Assembly: GCA_045634305.1 (NCBI GenBank)
Contig: JAZQZZ010000039.1
Coordinates: 3,818 to 67,817, forward strand
Length of the DNA: 64,000 nucleotides
Source: Bacteroidaceae bacterium
Lineage (GTDB): Bacteria; Bacteroidota; Bacteroidia; Bacteroidales; Bacteroidaceae
Direction: 5' to 3'
Positions within the stretch are counted from its first letter, which is position 1, and every line of letters starts with the position of its first letter. The position numbers were made by a program, and so were the translations under genes. Shown one piece after another: positions 1-10,600 of the stretch. Under the pieces are notes generated by a model. The model searched no databases, was not told the origin of the DNA, and worked only from the letters and a program-made list of their open reading frames with translations.

Positions 1-120
1 GCGAGTAAGAGAGAGCAGAGAAAAAGTATACTTTTACTTGCCGAGCGGGAGCAGGTTCAAGCGCACGGAGTGCGGTTAAAGCTGAAAACTGGTGAAAGCA
101 AGTGAGTCAAGACCTCATAT

Positions 121-156
121 ACGTTGAAAGGCAGCCTGTCGGCTGCCTTTCAACGT
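121..156. terminator. Perfect 16-bp-stem hairpin, bidirectional terminator candidate
   Basis: acgttgaaaggcagcc-tgtc-ggctgcctttcaacgt lies 16 nt beyond the stop of the minus-strand CDS 172..2901. Confidence 0.6.
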
Positions 157-171
157 ATTATTTAATAAGGT

Positions 172-2901
172 TTACTTTATAAAAACCTTCTTGCCATTCA
201 CAATATACATACCCTTTGTAGGGTTCTCAACCCTGCGACCGGCAAGGTCATAGATCTCGACCTCTCCGTTTTCATATTCACACTCCACTTCCTCAATTGC
301 AGTATTGTTGAGTTCCACAGCGCGGATACCCCAAGTCGCAGCACTGACAAGTTCAGTACCTGCATAGATGTTATAGTTATTCACATCCATTGTCAAGTAG
401 ACATCACCGCCCAAGGTTGTAAAGTAAACAGTTCCGTCATCGAGATAGTTTGCCTTGAACACCCAAGCCGACGCCTGATCACCGCCACTGCATGATACAC
501 CATTGCTTTCCATGTCATTGATGTAAAGACCATTCTTGTTCTTTATATAAAAGTGATGGGGAAGATTTGTACTCTCGAACATCCAACGCTTGTCGGGCGA
601 TGTATTGGCTGTCTGCGAAGCTGTGTTCGCCTTCAGGCCATACCTGTCATAACACAAGCTGTAGTTTCTCTTCTCACCATTTGTAAGTGTGTATACATCA
701 AGATCCTTTAGATAAGCACGCGCACTGGGATCGTTCTTCAAAGCCTGCATTTCCTTTTCAAGCAATGCAATCCACTCCTTGTAGCTGTGTTTGCTTGTAT
801 CCTTGTTGTCGGCAGCAGCCTTTGCCTCATTATAAAGCGCGTTGATAGCAGTCAGCGCACTCTTGTAGAAGTGCCCAATTTCCTTACCCGTTGTAGTTGT
901 CTTGCTTGTAAGGTTCTTCACTGTAGACAACACTGCATTCAACGCCTCCAGCTGCATCTCCTCATCATCGCTTTCCGCAACGTCGGGAATAACATAATCA
1001 GTACCATCAGCCTGTGCTGCAACAACCTTCAACGGAGCATTTGCATGTGCAACAGGCACTGTCAATTTATATTCATTGTTAAAGTCCAGCAGTTCACCGG
1101 TGTTCGCATTCAAGAGCTTGAAACCGAGAGCACCTTTTGCATCGGCAGACTTCTTGATTGAAATATTATTCTGACTTCTCGCAAAATAGTAACCCTGAGC
1201 CTTCACACTCTCGTCGATGTAGTCACTCCACTGTCCCGTGCTACCCATCTTGCCAATGACAAACTCATCGTTGAAATCAAGTCGGTTGCCGGCAACGCCG
1301 TCTGTTCTTGGCGATGGCTTTATACGGTCCTCAATAAAGAGCAGGTGACCACCTTTCTTTGCATAACGTTGCATACGTGCACGGCTTGCCTCGGCTTCCT
1401 CTTCGGTCAGGTTGACAATAAAGTTCTCATAATCGCCAACACCTGCATCGGTCATAGGCTCAAACAAGCCCCAAGCCTCAAAGAACTCACTCAAGTCCAT
1501 CTGCGCAACCTCGCAGCACACCTCGGCAAACCTCAGCTGGTCATCCTTTGCCTGTGTAAGCGATGTCCAGTTACGGTCTTTAGGTCCCTTGTCAAGCGGA
1601 TTCTTGCGCAGCGCCTCAAACACTCTTGGATAGAATGTCGTATCCTTGCCGGCTGCATGGAAATAGAGATAGAGTTGGAAGAACATTCTCGACTTTGCTA
1701 TGATGTCACTACCACGCAACGGGAACGGCACCCTATTGCTGAAATCCTCACGGCAAACACTCAAACCGTTACCACGTGTGGTTGTCTTTCCGGTGCGGAA
1801 AATCTGTGCATTGGCAAACAGGTTGTTGCTTGCCTCGGTACAAGAGACAATGTTTATTGTATTCTGGTTCACGTGACCTATTTCGTGAGCAGGTCCCCAC
1901 ATCTGTCCCGGGTCGGCATACACCTTAGCCCAAGGCAAGATATCGGGCAGCGTGTAATGCTCATAATAGGTATATGTCTCTGTGGCATACATGAACATGC
2001 CCTCATATCCGTCCTTTGCCAGAATGAGGTCGTTCCAACGGTCATAGTACTTGTCGGCACCCATCAATTCGTGTTGCCACTTCACACACTGGTCCCACCA
2101 CTTTATGGCATCGGTGATTGTGTTGGGGCAAGCAGCCAGTACATTCTTCAGCTCCATGTGGAACATCACCCTCTCGCCAAGCACCTGCACCGAGAAGTGC
2201 TTCATCATATTCTGTGTCATGTAGCGCCAATCTTCGTCTGTGTGACGTGAAAGGTCGAAATATCCATTTACATAACCACCCTCTATGTGGATTGGAACAT
2301 TTGGATAGTCGGCAAGTTTCTTGCTTGTAGCAGTGCTGTCGGTATCCACATAATATTGGATGAACAACATACGGTCATCGCCCTCGGTATCGGGGATTTT
2401 CACCACGTTCAAACCGTTTGTCAGCACATTGGTCATCAATGGACGGGGCATATTTCCTGCAACGGGCGAGAGCTCCAACCAAATGGAGTCGGGCAACTCG
2501 CTGCCCACAAAGATGAGCAAGTATTCATTGTCGGCGCTGATACCTGTGGGATTCTGCAGCTCGCTGTACTGTCTCACATTCATCAGGTACTTCCAGTTGT
2601 AGGAGTTGCTGTAAGGCTTTGCCTCGAACACGCGGAACTCCTTCTCGCGTTCTTCCCAAGCATTGTTCTTCACCTTGAGGGCAATGTTCACAAGTTCCTG
2701 GGGCATAGCGCTCATTGTTGTGCGTAACTGGTCGTCGGTCATTGCAGAGTATGGAACCTTAAGTTCAGTGCAGATGTCATCCACAAAGTAGTTCTTAAAC
2801 TCGGCATAATAGCGCTGTGCATTGTTCGGCGCCAACTGAGCATTGGCCGTAACAGCCAAGGCAAGCAACAAGAATGAAAGAAGTAGATTTCTTAATTTCA
2901 T
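172..2901 (-). CDS. M60-like (enhancin-type) zinc metallopeptidase, T9SS cargo
   Basis: 909-aa ORF with a Sec signal (MKLRNLLLSFLLLALAVTANA). Zincin motif PAHEIGHVNQ (HEIGH = 1873..1887 on minus strand). Flanking blocks MFFQLYLYFHAAGKDTTFYP and FAEVCCEVAQMDLSEFFEAWG are shared with the neighbouring paralogue. The C-terminus EIYDLAGRRVENPTKGMYIVNGKKVFIK looks like a T9SS sorting domain. Confidence 0.8.
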   Translation of the reverse strand: MKLRNLLLSFLLLALAVTANAQLAPNNAQRYYAEFKNYFVDDICTELKVPYSAMTDDQLRTTMSAMPQELVNIALKVKNNAWEEREKEFRVFEAKPYSNSYNWKYLMNVRQYSELQNPTGISADNEYLLIFVGSELPDSIWLELSPVAGNMPRPLMTNVLTNGLNVVKIPDTEGDDRMLFIQYYVDTDSTATSKKLADYPNVPIHIEGGYVNGYFDLSRHTDEDWRYMTQNMMKHFSVQVLGERVMFHMELKNVLAACPNTITDAIKWWDQCVKWQHELMGADKYYDRWNDLILAKDGYEGMFMYATETYTYYEHYTLPDILPWAKVYADPGQMWGPAHEIGHVNQNTINIVSCTEASNNLFANAQIFRTGKTTTRGNGLSVCREDFSNRVPFPLRGSDIIAKSRMFFQLYLYFHAAGKDTTFYPRVFEALRKNPLDKGPKDRNWTSLTQAKDDQLRFAEVCCEVAQMDLSEFFEAWGLFEPMTDAGVGDYENFIVNLTEEEAEASRARMQRYAKKGGHLLFIEDRIKPSPRTDGVAGNRLDFNDEFVIGKMGSTGQWSDYIDESVKAQGYYFARSQNNISIKKSADAKGALGFKLLNANTGELLDFNNEYKLTVPVAHANAPLKVVAAQADGTDYVIPDVAESDDEEMQLEALNAVLSTVKNLTSKTTTTGKEIGHFYKSALTAINALYNEAKAAADNKDTSKHSYKEWIALLEKEMQALKNDPSARAYLKDLDVYTLTNGEKRNYSLCYDRYGLKANTASQTANTSPDKRWMFESTNLPHHFYIKNKNGLYINDMESNGVSCSGGDQASAWVFKANYLDDGTVYFTTLGGDVYLTMDVNNYNIYAGTELVSAATWGIRAVELNNTAIEEVECEYENGEVEIYDLAGRRVENPTKGMYIVNGKKVFIK

Positions 2902-3140
2902 ATTTTCAGGTTTTATTATTCTGCAGAGTTATCCAATATAATATCGTCTCAAAAGTAGTGCATTTTAAGGAGATATACAATAATTGGTGCTGTTATATAT
3001 TATATTAAGGTATATGAGTTATCATATCGGCCGCAAGGGAGATATCTCTTTATTCGCGAATTTATAATTCTTCAAACTCCCTCTGCAACTTCGTTGCTCG
3101 TCCCTCTTTGCAAAGAAGGACAGTTTTTCAACATAAAAAA

Positions 3141-3231
3141 GAGATCCTTCACTGCGTTCAGAATGACAATACTCATGCAATGTCATTTCCGGGAAGCCCA
3201 AACAACCCGTCTGAACGTAGTGAAGAATCTC
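3141..3231. repeat. About 90-nt imperfect inverted repeat (Bacteroidetes intergenic junk-repeat type)
   Basis: gagatccttcactgcgttcag (3141..3161) pairs 19/21 with ctgaacgtagtgaagaatctc (3211..3231). An inner hairpin aatgaca...tgtcatt sits inside. A related half-copy ggatccttcacatcagttccggatgaca lies near 7332. Confidence 0.5.
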
Positions 3232-3280
3232 CGATATTATCCGCCCTCAATCACTCCCGCAGGAGGGATTGAGCAGAGTT

Positions 3281-6200
3281 TTACTTTACCAACACCTTTT
3301 TGCCACCCTGGATGAAGATACCTCTCTCAGGATTAACAACGCGGCGGCCGTTGAGGTCATAGATTACACCATCGGCATTAGCCTCGGGAATCACGCTCTC
3401 GATAGTTGTGATAATGTCAGCCACCTCCTTGTTATTCTCAATCAAGGCAATCTGCACTCTCCAATAAGACTTTGATGCCGACAGCTGGACTGCAGTGCCG
3501 CTGTCATAAATAACTTTCTCGGCAGCAGTGAGCAACAGACCTTCTTTCTCGGCATCGTAAGCCACTGTCACAGGAATATAATCCTCCTCGGCCGAAGTAT
3601 AGAGATAGTTCTTTGTACCCTGGCGGTATGCGAATCCCTTCTGTCCGGCATTGTAGAGTTTGTACTCACCGGCCTTACCTGTTGAAGCAAAGCTCCACAA
3701 AGCATCGTCAGTAACCTCGTCGCTCAACTCAACACGACCCTTGCGCGATGCCTGTGTACCATCATAGATACTTGCGAACTTCTCGCTCTTGTTGCTAATG
3801 ATGTAGTACCACACTACTCTCTCGCCCTTTGTGACTATAGGAGAAGTAACGATATACTTACCCTCGATGTCGGCAAGCTGCTTGCGCAATGTATTCACGT
3901 ACTTCTGCAACTGTGTAACGGCTGCGCCCTCCTTGTTGTCCGATACCTCGTAGTATGTATCGAGCAGGTTAAGCGCATAAGTATTGAGGTTGTTGTCCTT
4001 TACAATGATACCATCGTTGAATATGTTCATTGTCTGCAGGCTGTCAAGGTTCAGAACCTCGGTAATCTTCACGTTTGCCTCGGCCATCAGATCCTCAACT
4101 GCAGCAGTGTAGAATGCGAGTGAGTTGTCCTCAACAATATCCACGCGCCATTTTGCACCTGTCTCGTTGAGCGAAAGAACACCAAGCTGACCACCGTCAC
4201 TGAGACCGAATGTCTGCTCACTTCCGTCGGCGAGGATAAAGTTCACGCTACCGTCATCGGTATAACCGACTGTGAATTTGAGCGCGTCGGCCTGTTTCTT
4301 TGTCTCGAGGAATGCACCGGCAGTTGTAAGGTTTGTCAAATAGTAACCTGTAGAAGTTGACTTGAGGTAGTACTCACCCACCTTGCCGGCATACTCTATA
4401 GTCCAGTCGATATTTTGTGCACCACTCTTGTTGGTAGCCGAAGCTATAGGATATTCACCCACTGCATAGTAACCTCTATAAGGATTTAAAGCTCTTCTCA
4501 TTGTAAACACGGCACCCTCCTTGATTGTGATACGTGCATCCTCGTTGTTGAGTACCTTGCTGCACTCATCGTCGAGCATGATGCTCCACTCTGCAAAAGA
4601 GTACTTGCTTGTATCGTTAGCCTTATACGCTGCATTAGCCTCCTTGTACAAAGCCTCAAGGTCGGCAATGGCCTCGGGATAGTAATAACCCACGATTGTA
4701 TTTGCTGTAGCCTTCTTGTTGATGATGTCACTTGCACTCTTCAATGAACCGTCAAGAGCCTCCTTCTGCATTGACTCGGGACCCTGTGAAGCGTGAGGCA
4801 CAACATAGTCTGTACCGTCGGCCTGTGCGGCAACCACCTTCAATTTAGCACCGGATGCCGATACAGGAACATTCATCTCGTATCTGTTGGTGTATGAGAG
4901 CAACTCGCCAGTCTCGGCATTGTAAAGTTTGAAACCGAGCGCACCGCTTGCACCCTCAGCCTCCTTGATAACCACCTTACCCTTTGAAACGGCATAGTAG
5001 TAACCCTGAGCCTTCACAGACTCGTCAATGTAATCCATCCACTGGCCGAAGTTACCGACCGAACCGATTGTCTCGCCATCCCAGTCGGCATAGTTTGCAC
5101 GGTAACCTGTACCGTCGCAGAATGGGCTCTTCTTCCTTGGTGACTTACGCACGCGGTCCTCGAGGAACATCAAGTGACCGCCCTTCTTCTCATACTGCTG
5201 CATGCGCGCCTTGCTTGCCTGTGCCTCCTCCTCGAGCAGGTACACCCAGTGATGACCGTAGTCACCCACGAACGCATTCTTCATTGGGATAAAGAAGCCC
5301 CAAGCCTCGAAGAACTCGCTGAGGTCCATCTGTGCAATCTCACAGCAAGCCTCGGCAAACTTCAACTGGTCTTTCGCTGCATTTACAGAGTTCCTGTAGA
5401 AACCGTTCTCGTCAAGTTCGTCCCATGAACCTGTTGCCCAACCCGGCAGACGGTCGTAACGCAACTTCTCGAACAGACGTGGATAGAATGTGGTATCCTT
5501 GCCTGCTGCATGGAAGTAAAGGAACAACTGGAAGTACATACGTGTCATACTGAAGAGCTTTGAACCATACATACTCTCACCACGTACCACGTATGGAACC
5601 TTGTTCTCAAAGTCAAGAATCTGGTTCTGCATGTTGTTACCACGGCTCACGTGTGTACCCTGGTCAAAGATTGCAAAGTTTGTGAGCGCATTGTTGCTCA
5701 CCTCTGATGTACCTACAATCTGGAACGCATACTGGTTAGTGTGACCAATCTCGTGGTTAGGACCCCAAGAGCTGCCGGCATCGGCAATGAGCAGGTCATA
5801 ATTCACGATGGTGCTCAATGTATTGTTGTTGTAGTGTGTACGGTATGAACTTGCATCCATAAAGCCGTTGTCGTCACTCATGGCAAGTTGTTTGTTATTT
5901 CTCCACGCGTCATACTTGTCAAGAGCCATGTAGTGGTTCTGGCGGCTGTTCCAGAAATCCCAGAGACGCATAACGCCCTCAATGTTGTCGGGGCACTCCT
6001 TGAGGAACTCATATGTACGGAAGTTAAGTACGGTGAGGTCGCCGGCAGCCTGTACGGCAGTAGGGTTCTTGAACATATGGTCGCGCATGTACACCCAATC
6101 CTCGTTGGTGTGACCGCGCTCCTTGCTCCAGAAACCGTTCACGTAACCACCCTCAATGTGAATCTTCACAGTAGGATAGTCAGCCAGTTTCTTGCCATCG

Positions 6201-7228
6201 ATGGCAGTCTCGCAGATATAGCGGATGTAGAGCGAACCGTCCTTGTTGGCACAAGGAACAATGTTCAAGCCCTCCTTCAAACGTGTATCGTTACCCCAGA
6301 ACTTGGTGCTCGCCATCTCGGCAAGGTCAACTGTGGTACCTTCAGGGATATCCTCAACAAACACATAGATAAAGCTCTTTGAATCACTTGTGCTTATACC
6401 TGTAGGGTTGTTGATACGGTTGTAAGGACGTGTAAACAGACGGTCAGCCCAAACCTCGGGGTTGCTGTAAGGCTTGTAGTCATAGATGCGGAAATTCTTC
6501 TCCGAGAGGTTCTCGCGCGCAGCTGTTGCCCAACTGTCATTCTTCACCTTAAGGGCCATCTGCTGCAAGTCGGCAGGAACACCTTCCAATGCAGCAACAA
6601 CCTCGGCATCACTCTTTGCAGCCCATTCAGCCTTCATCACGGTGCATGCATTGTCCTCAAAGAGGGCCTGCACCTTGGAAGCGATGGATGTTGCATTGTC
6701 GAGAACCTTTGCATAGTCCTGATAAGCGGCTGCAGCGGCAGCAATCTCATCGGCACTTATGTTTACAAGTTCAAAAGTCCATTCTGTACCGGAAATCTCA
6801 TTGGTACCGTAGCTCCAAGGCACAATATTTCCGCTACCATCGCAATGGGCACCCCAATTCTTAGTCGGAGTGAGGTCGATGTTGTAGTACCCCTTCAGCG
6901 TAGGGTTCTCGGTAACTGTAAACTGTATCTCGGAAAGACCGGTTTGCCAAACGACGTTTCGGCCTGCCTCATACTGCATGTAACGCTGTGTATAGACGTT
7001 CTTGATTGTAAACTTGCCATCGCCGGCAGCATTAAACTGCCACATCTCGTGGTAGTCGGTAGCTGCGCCTTTCGATGCGCATGAGAGTGTGTGCAGGATT
7101 GGGCTTTCCGACATCACCGTACCATACTTGGCACTGACAATGCGATACACCTTCCCATCCTCAACCTGTGCCATTGCAAAGGTCGCAAGCATCACAAGGA
7201 ATGCTGTGAGTAAAGATTTCAGTTTCAT
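3281..7228 (-). CDS. M60-like zinc metallopeptidase with extra lectin-like modules, T9SS cargo (paralogue of 172..2901)
   Basis: 1315-aa ORF with a signal peptide. Motif PNHEIGHTNQ (HEIGH = 5741..5755 on minus strand). Shared blocks MYFQLFLYFHAAGKDTTFYP, FAEACCEIAQMDLSEFFEAWG, GQWMDYIDESVKAQGYYYA and KVVAAQADGTDYVVP. The C-terminus VIYDLNGRRVVNPERGIFIQGGKKVLVK is T9SS-CTD-like. Confidence 0.8.
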   Translation of the reverse strand: MKLKSLLTAFLVMLATFAMAQVEDGKVYRIVSAKYGTVMSESPILHTLSCASKGAATDYHEMWQFNAAGDGKFTIKNVYTQRYMQYEAGRNVVWQTGLSEIQFTVTENPTLKGYYNIDLTPTKNWGAHCDGSGNIVPWSYGTNEISGTEWTFELVNISADEIAAAAAAYQDYAKVLDNATSIASKVQALFEDNACTVMKAEWAAKSDAEVVAALEGVPADLQQMALKVKNDSWATAARENLSEKNFRIYDYKPYSNPEVWADRLFTRPYNRINNPTGISTSDSKSFIYVFVEDIPEGTTVDLAEMASTKFWGNDTRLKEGLNIVPCANKDGSLYIRYICETAIDGKKLADYPTVKIHIEGGYVNGFWSKERGHTNEDWVYMRDHMFKNPTAVQAAGDLTVLNFRTYEFLKECPDNIEGVMRLWDFWNSRQNHYMALDKYDAWRNNKQLAMSDDNGFMDASSYRTHYNNNTLSTIVNYDLLIADAGSSWGPNHEIGHTNQYAFQIVGTSEVSNNALTNFAIFDQGTHVSRGNNMQNQILDFENKVPYVVRGESMYGSKLFSMTRMYFQLFLYFHAAGKDTTFYPRLFEKLRYDRLPGWATGSWDELDENGFYRNSVNAAKDQLKFAEACCEIAQMDLSEFFEAWGFFIPMKNAFVGDYGHHWVYLLEEEAQASKARMQQYEKKGGHLMFLEDRVRKSPRKKSPFCDGTGYRANYADWDGETIGSVGNFGQWMDYIDESVKAQGYYYAVSKGKVVIKEAEGASGALGFKLYNAETGELLSYTNRYEMNVPVSASGAKLKVVAAQADGTDYVVPHASQGPESMQKEALDGSLKSASDIINKKATANTIVGYYYPEAIADLEALYKEANAAYKANDTSKYSFAEWSIMLDDECSKVLNNEDARITIKEGAVFTMRRALNPYRGYYAVGEYPIASATNKSGAQNIDWTIEYAGKVGEYYLKSTSTGYYLTNLTTAGAFLETKKQADALKFTVGYTDDGSVNFILADGSEQTFGLSDGGQLGVLSLNETGAKWRVDIVEDNSLAFYTAAVEDLMAEANVKITEVLNLDSLQTMNIFNDGIIVKDNNLNTYALNLLDTYYEVSDNKEGAAVTQLQKYVNTLRKQLADIEGKYIVTSPIVTKGERVVWYYIISNKSEKFASIYDGTQASRKGRVELSDEVTDDALWSFASTGKAGEYKLYNAGQKGFAYRQGTKNYLYTSAEEDYIPVTVAYDAEKEGLLLTAAEKVIYDSGTAVQLSASKSYWRVQIALIENNKEVADIITTIESVIPEANADGVIYDLNGRRVVNPERGIFIQGGKKVLVK

Positions 7229-7287
7229 ATTATTTAGTTTAAAAATTGTATTTTACAAATAGTAATAAGCTGTTGCCCCCATGCTTT

Positions 7288-7312
7288 GTCATGCTGAGCG
7301 AAGCGAAGCATC
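7288..7312. repeat. Short dispersed intergenic repeat (gtcatgctgagcgaagcgaagcatc)
   Basis: An approximately 80% similar copy lies in reverse orientation at 11827..11852 (gatgtatcgacttcgctcaacatgac). Confidence 0.4.
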
Positions 7313-7679
7313 TTTGTTTTGCGTAGTTATAGGATCCTTCACATCAGTTCCGGATGACAGTACCGTTCAGGATAACGGTTCTGCAATTACAACCTTTTTA
7401 TATTATATATAATCCAAGCAAATATAACACAAATTTTTCACACTGCCATACCCCCCCCAATTATTTTCATTTCAAGCCTAAAATTTTTAATTTTCACACA
7501 TTTTTCTTGCTATTTCAAATAATTATAACAACCTTTGCGTGATTAAATGCCACACATGCGCTCCTTTGCCCGCCAGACAAAGTGCAACACATTGGCAATT
7601 AACCGAATAACAGTAAAAAAGCTGTTACAACAACATATTTGGCTAATTTTTACTTTTTATATTTATTAATTTTTACGTT

Positions 7680-10600
7680 ATGAGAAAAAATTTATTTCTG
7701 ACTCTTGCTTTGGCATTTGCGTCATTCGTAGGTGCTAATGCTCAGGATTGGTCTCTCTCTATCGGAGCCGGTGACGGTCTTCCGGGCGAGAACGTGAAGA
7801 AAGGCACAACGACCGTCCAGGTTTACAAATCAGATGTCATCACTCCAAGTGAGCCTCTGAAAACTCTCCGTTTCACAGTCGCACAGAACTACAACGGTGA
7901 GGCGCCAAACGGCAACAACTTTGTAACCGCTCTCAGCGAGTTGGTTGTTTATGCAGCCGACGGCGAGACTGTTATCCCTTACACAGCTACTTCAAACGCT
8001 GACCACAACACACTTTCAGGTGGTGCTGACGGTGCTGGTCTTCCAGCGTTGAACGACGGCAACTGGAACAACTACTGGCACTCATGCTGGAGCGCAACAG
8101 GTGCTCAGGCGAACTATCACCACCTTGAGCTCACATTCGAGACAGAGGTTAGCGAGTTCGTTCTCGAGTGGGGTGCACGTCCCGGTAACCCGAAGAACGC
8201 TCCAATGCTCGTCGGTCTTACAAAGGGTGGCGTTGACTACGTTCCTTACAGCGACTGGGCATTCACAGTTGGCAGTCCTATCACATCAATGGATGCTCTT
8301 GAGAACGCACAGTACTTCGTAATGAAGAGCAACGTTCCTGTTGAGTACCACACATACGTAAACAACCACAACAGCACAGAGGGTGCATTCGGTACACAGA
8401 CAACCAAAGAGCCTAACGTAGGCCCCGGTCCTCTTTATGTTGCTCCCGGTGTTCAGGCCGATGCAGCAGCTCCTTCTTATGCTATCCAGCTTATCCCTAC
8501 CGATGGCGGTTACTACCTCTACTATGTAGCAGAGGGCAAGTTCCTCAGCGCCAACCCAAGCGACAACGCTTACAACGGTGCTAACGGTGGCCAGGGCAAG
8601 ACCGGTAAGATGAGCGATGCAGCCGTTGTAACAATCACAGAGACTGCAAACGGCCGTTTCGAGATGAGCTATATGATGGAGTACGAGGGCGAGGAGATTG
8701 AGATCCATGTTGGTGCAACACCTTCAACTGGTGGTTTCAAGAACGTAGACAAGGCTCGTTACGACTTCTACAAGGAGGGCCACCCCTACTGTTTGAACTA
8801 TGCTTACATCCTCGCTTTCGATTGGACACTCGAGGAGGTAACAATGAACTACCCTGTGAAGTATGCTTCAATTCCTGTCCGCAATGCAGTGAAGGAGGCA
8901 AAGAGCATCTACACATTCATGGACAGCGTTGCTGTTGAGGGTTACGAGTCTGCTTACGACGAGTTCATGATTGTTCTTGAAGAGTGCGAGAAGAGCCTTG
9001 CAAACGGCGCATACACAGACATCGCGAAGGTATTCGCTGATGTTGAGACATTGAACTACGCAATGGGTGCTTACGTTTACTCAAAGATTGAGTGGTACAA
9101 TGATGTTTACTTCTGGGAGCTCGAGGAGCAGTACTCTGACCTCTGCACACCTTCTACCAACCCACAGGATGGCATGTACACTACCGAGGCATATGACACA
9201 TACATTCAGGCAAACCTCATCAACGCGGTTTCTGAGTTGTACAACCTCGCAAGCGAAGACCCATACGCATACATCAGCCAGATGAAGACCTTCATCAACG
9301 GTGTACAGGGCAACATCGATGCATTCCTTGCTTCAAAGATTACATTCGTTACATTGCCAAAGGTTTACACAGCCGAGGATCCACACAACGTACCTCTCGG
9401 TGCATTGGTAAACAACAACCGCTACGACTGGGAGCAGCTTGTTGTACTTGAGGAAGGCAAGTCTGTTGACGGTATCCGTCTGACATTCCTTGAGACCAAC
9501 GTAGGTTCAGCAGCCAGCGACGGTAAGTACAAAGGTTACCCGATGCTTGCAATCTCAGGTCTTGAGATTCTTGATGCAGACGGCAACAAACTCGCACTTT
9601 CAGCTGCAAACATTTCAACAAACTCTTTGGAGACAACAGAGGGTTCAATCGACTACTTGTTCGACGACGATACTTCTACATACTACCACTCAATCTGGGG
9701 TAATGGTACATTCGATCCATTAGGTTACGTTTATCTTGACGTCAAGTTCCCAGAGGGCCAGGCACTCAGCACATTCACAATCAAGACCATCGGTCGTGAG
9801 AACAAGTCATTGGCTCCAGGTACAGTATGCGTCACAAAGTATGGCGAGGAGTATGACCCTGCAATCTTCCGTGAGAACCCATACAATGTTAATGGCGGCA
9901 CACAGATTACTGACGCTTCACAGTTGAAGGATGGCGGTATCTACATCATCAGCGGTAACCTCCGCGTTAAGACTCAGGAGGCAGCTCCACGCTACTATGC
10001 AGGTGTTGCACCTTACCACACAAACATCCAGGCAGCATTGAACGATCCTTGCGTTTACATGTTCAAGAAGACAGAAAATGGTTGGAACATCATCAGCCTT
10101 GCAAATGCACAGTACTGGGCATTGAACAAGGAGGTTCACGAGAACACTGACGAGGAGACTAACGAGACAACAACAAGCACAAGCTGGAGCACTGGTCTCA
10201 CAGTTTATCCTTCTAACGCAGCCGAGGTTAACTTCGTTAAGTCTGGTAACCTTGAGAACACATTCGCAATCTACAGCGAGATCGGTGACAACGAAATCAA
10301 CGCTTCATTCTCATGGACCAACCCTAACGACGAGACAGACGTTATCGAGGTTGCCGAGGGTAAGGTAAATGCAAACAAGTTCGTCTTCATGGATTGGGAC
10401 GGTAACCTTGCAGGTCGTCCTTGCGTAAGCGCAATCCCAGGCGAGTTCACATATGGTCTTGATGCTATCAGCGCTCACGCTAAGGCTCAGGAGATTATCG
10501 ACGGCGACGGTTACTCAGCCGGTGACTACCTCCACTTCAACAAGTCAAATGGTGAGGGTGAGTGGAACATCTACGAGGTAACAATGGACGATGCATACTA

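Noticed and set aside
1-105. Open frame entering from the left edge (..RKSILLLAEREQVQAHGVRLKLKTGESK-stop) on the plus strand.
   Set aside because: Only about 34 codons are visible and there is no recognisable motif. It may be the 3' end of a real gene sharing the hairpin at 121..156, but it cannot be supported from this window.
1345-2250. 301-aa plus-strand ORF, and similar ORFs at 787..1161, 2287..2727 and 5888..6382, inside the M60 genes.
   Set aside because: These are antisense shadow ORFs wholly contained in long, motif-bearing minus-strand genes. Their composition is Cys/His/Leu-rich nonsense.
7354-7542. 62-aa ORF in the AT-rich promoter region upstream of 7680..11474.
   Set aside because: It is low-complexity, has no RBS or promoter logic, and overlaps the likely promoter of the large gene.
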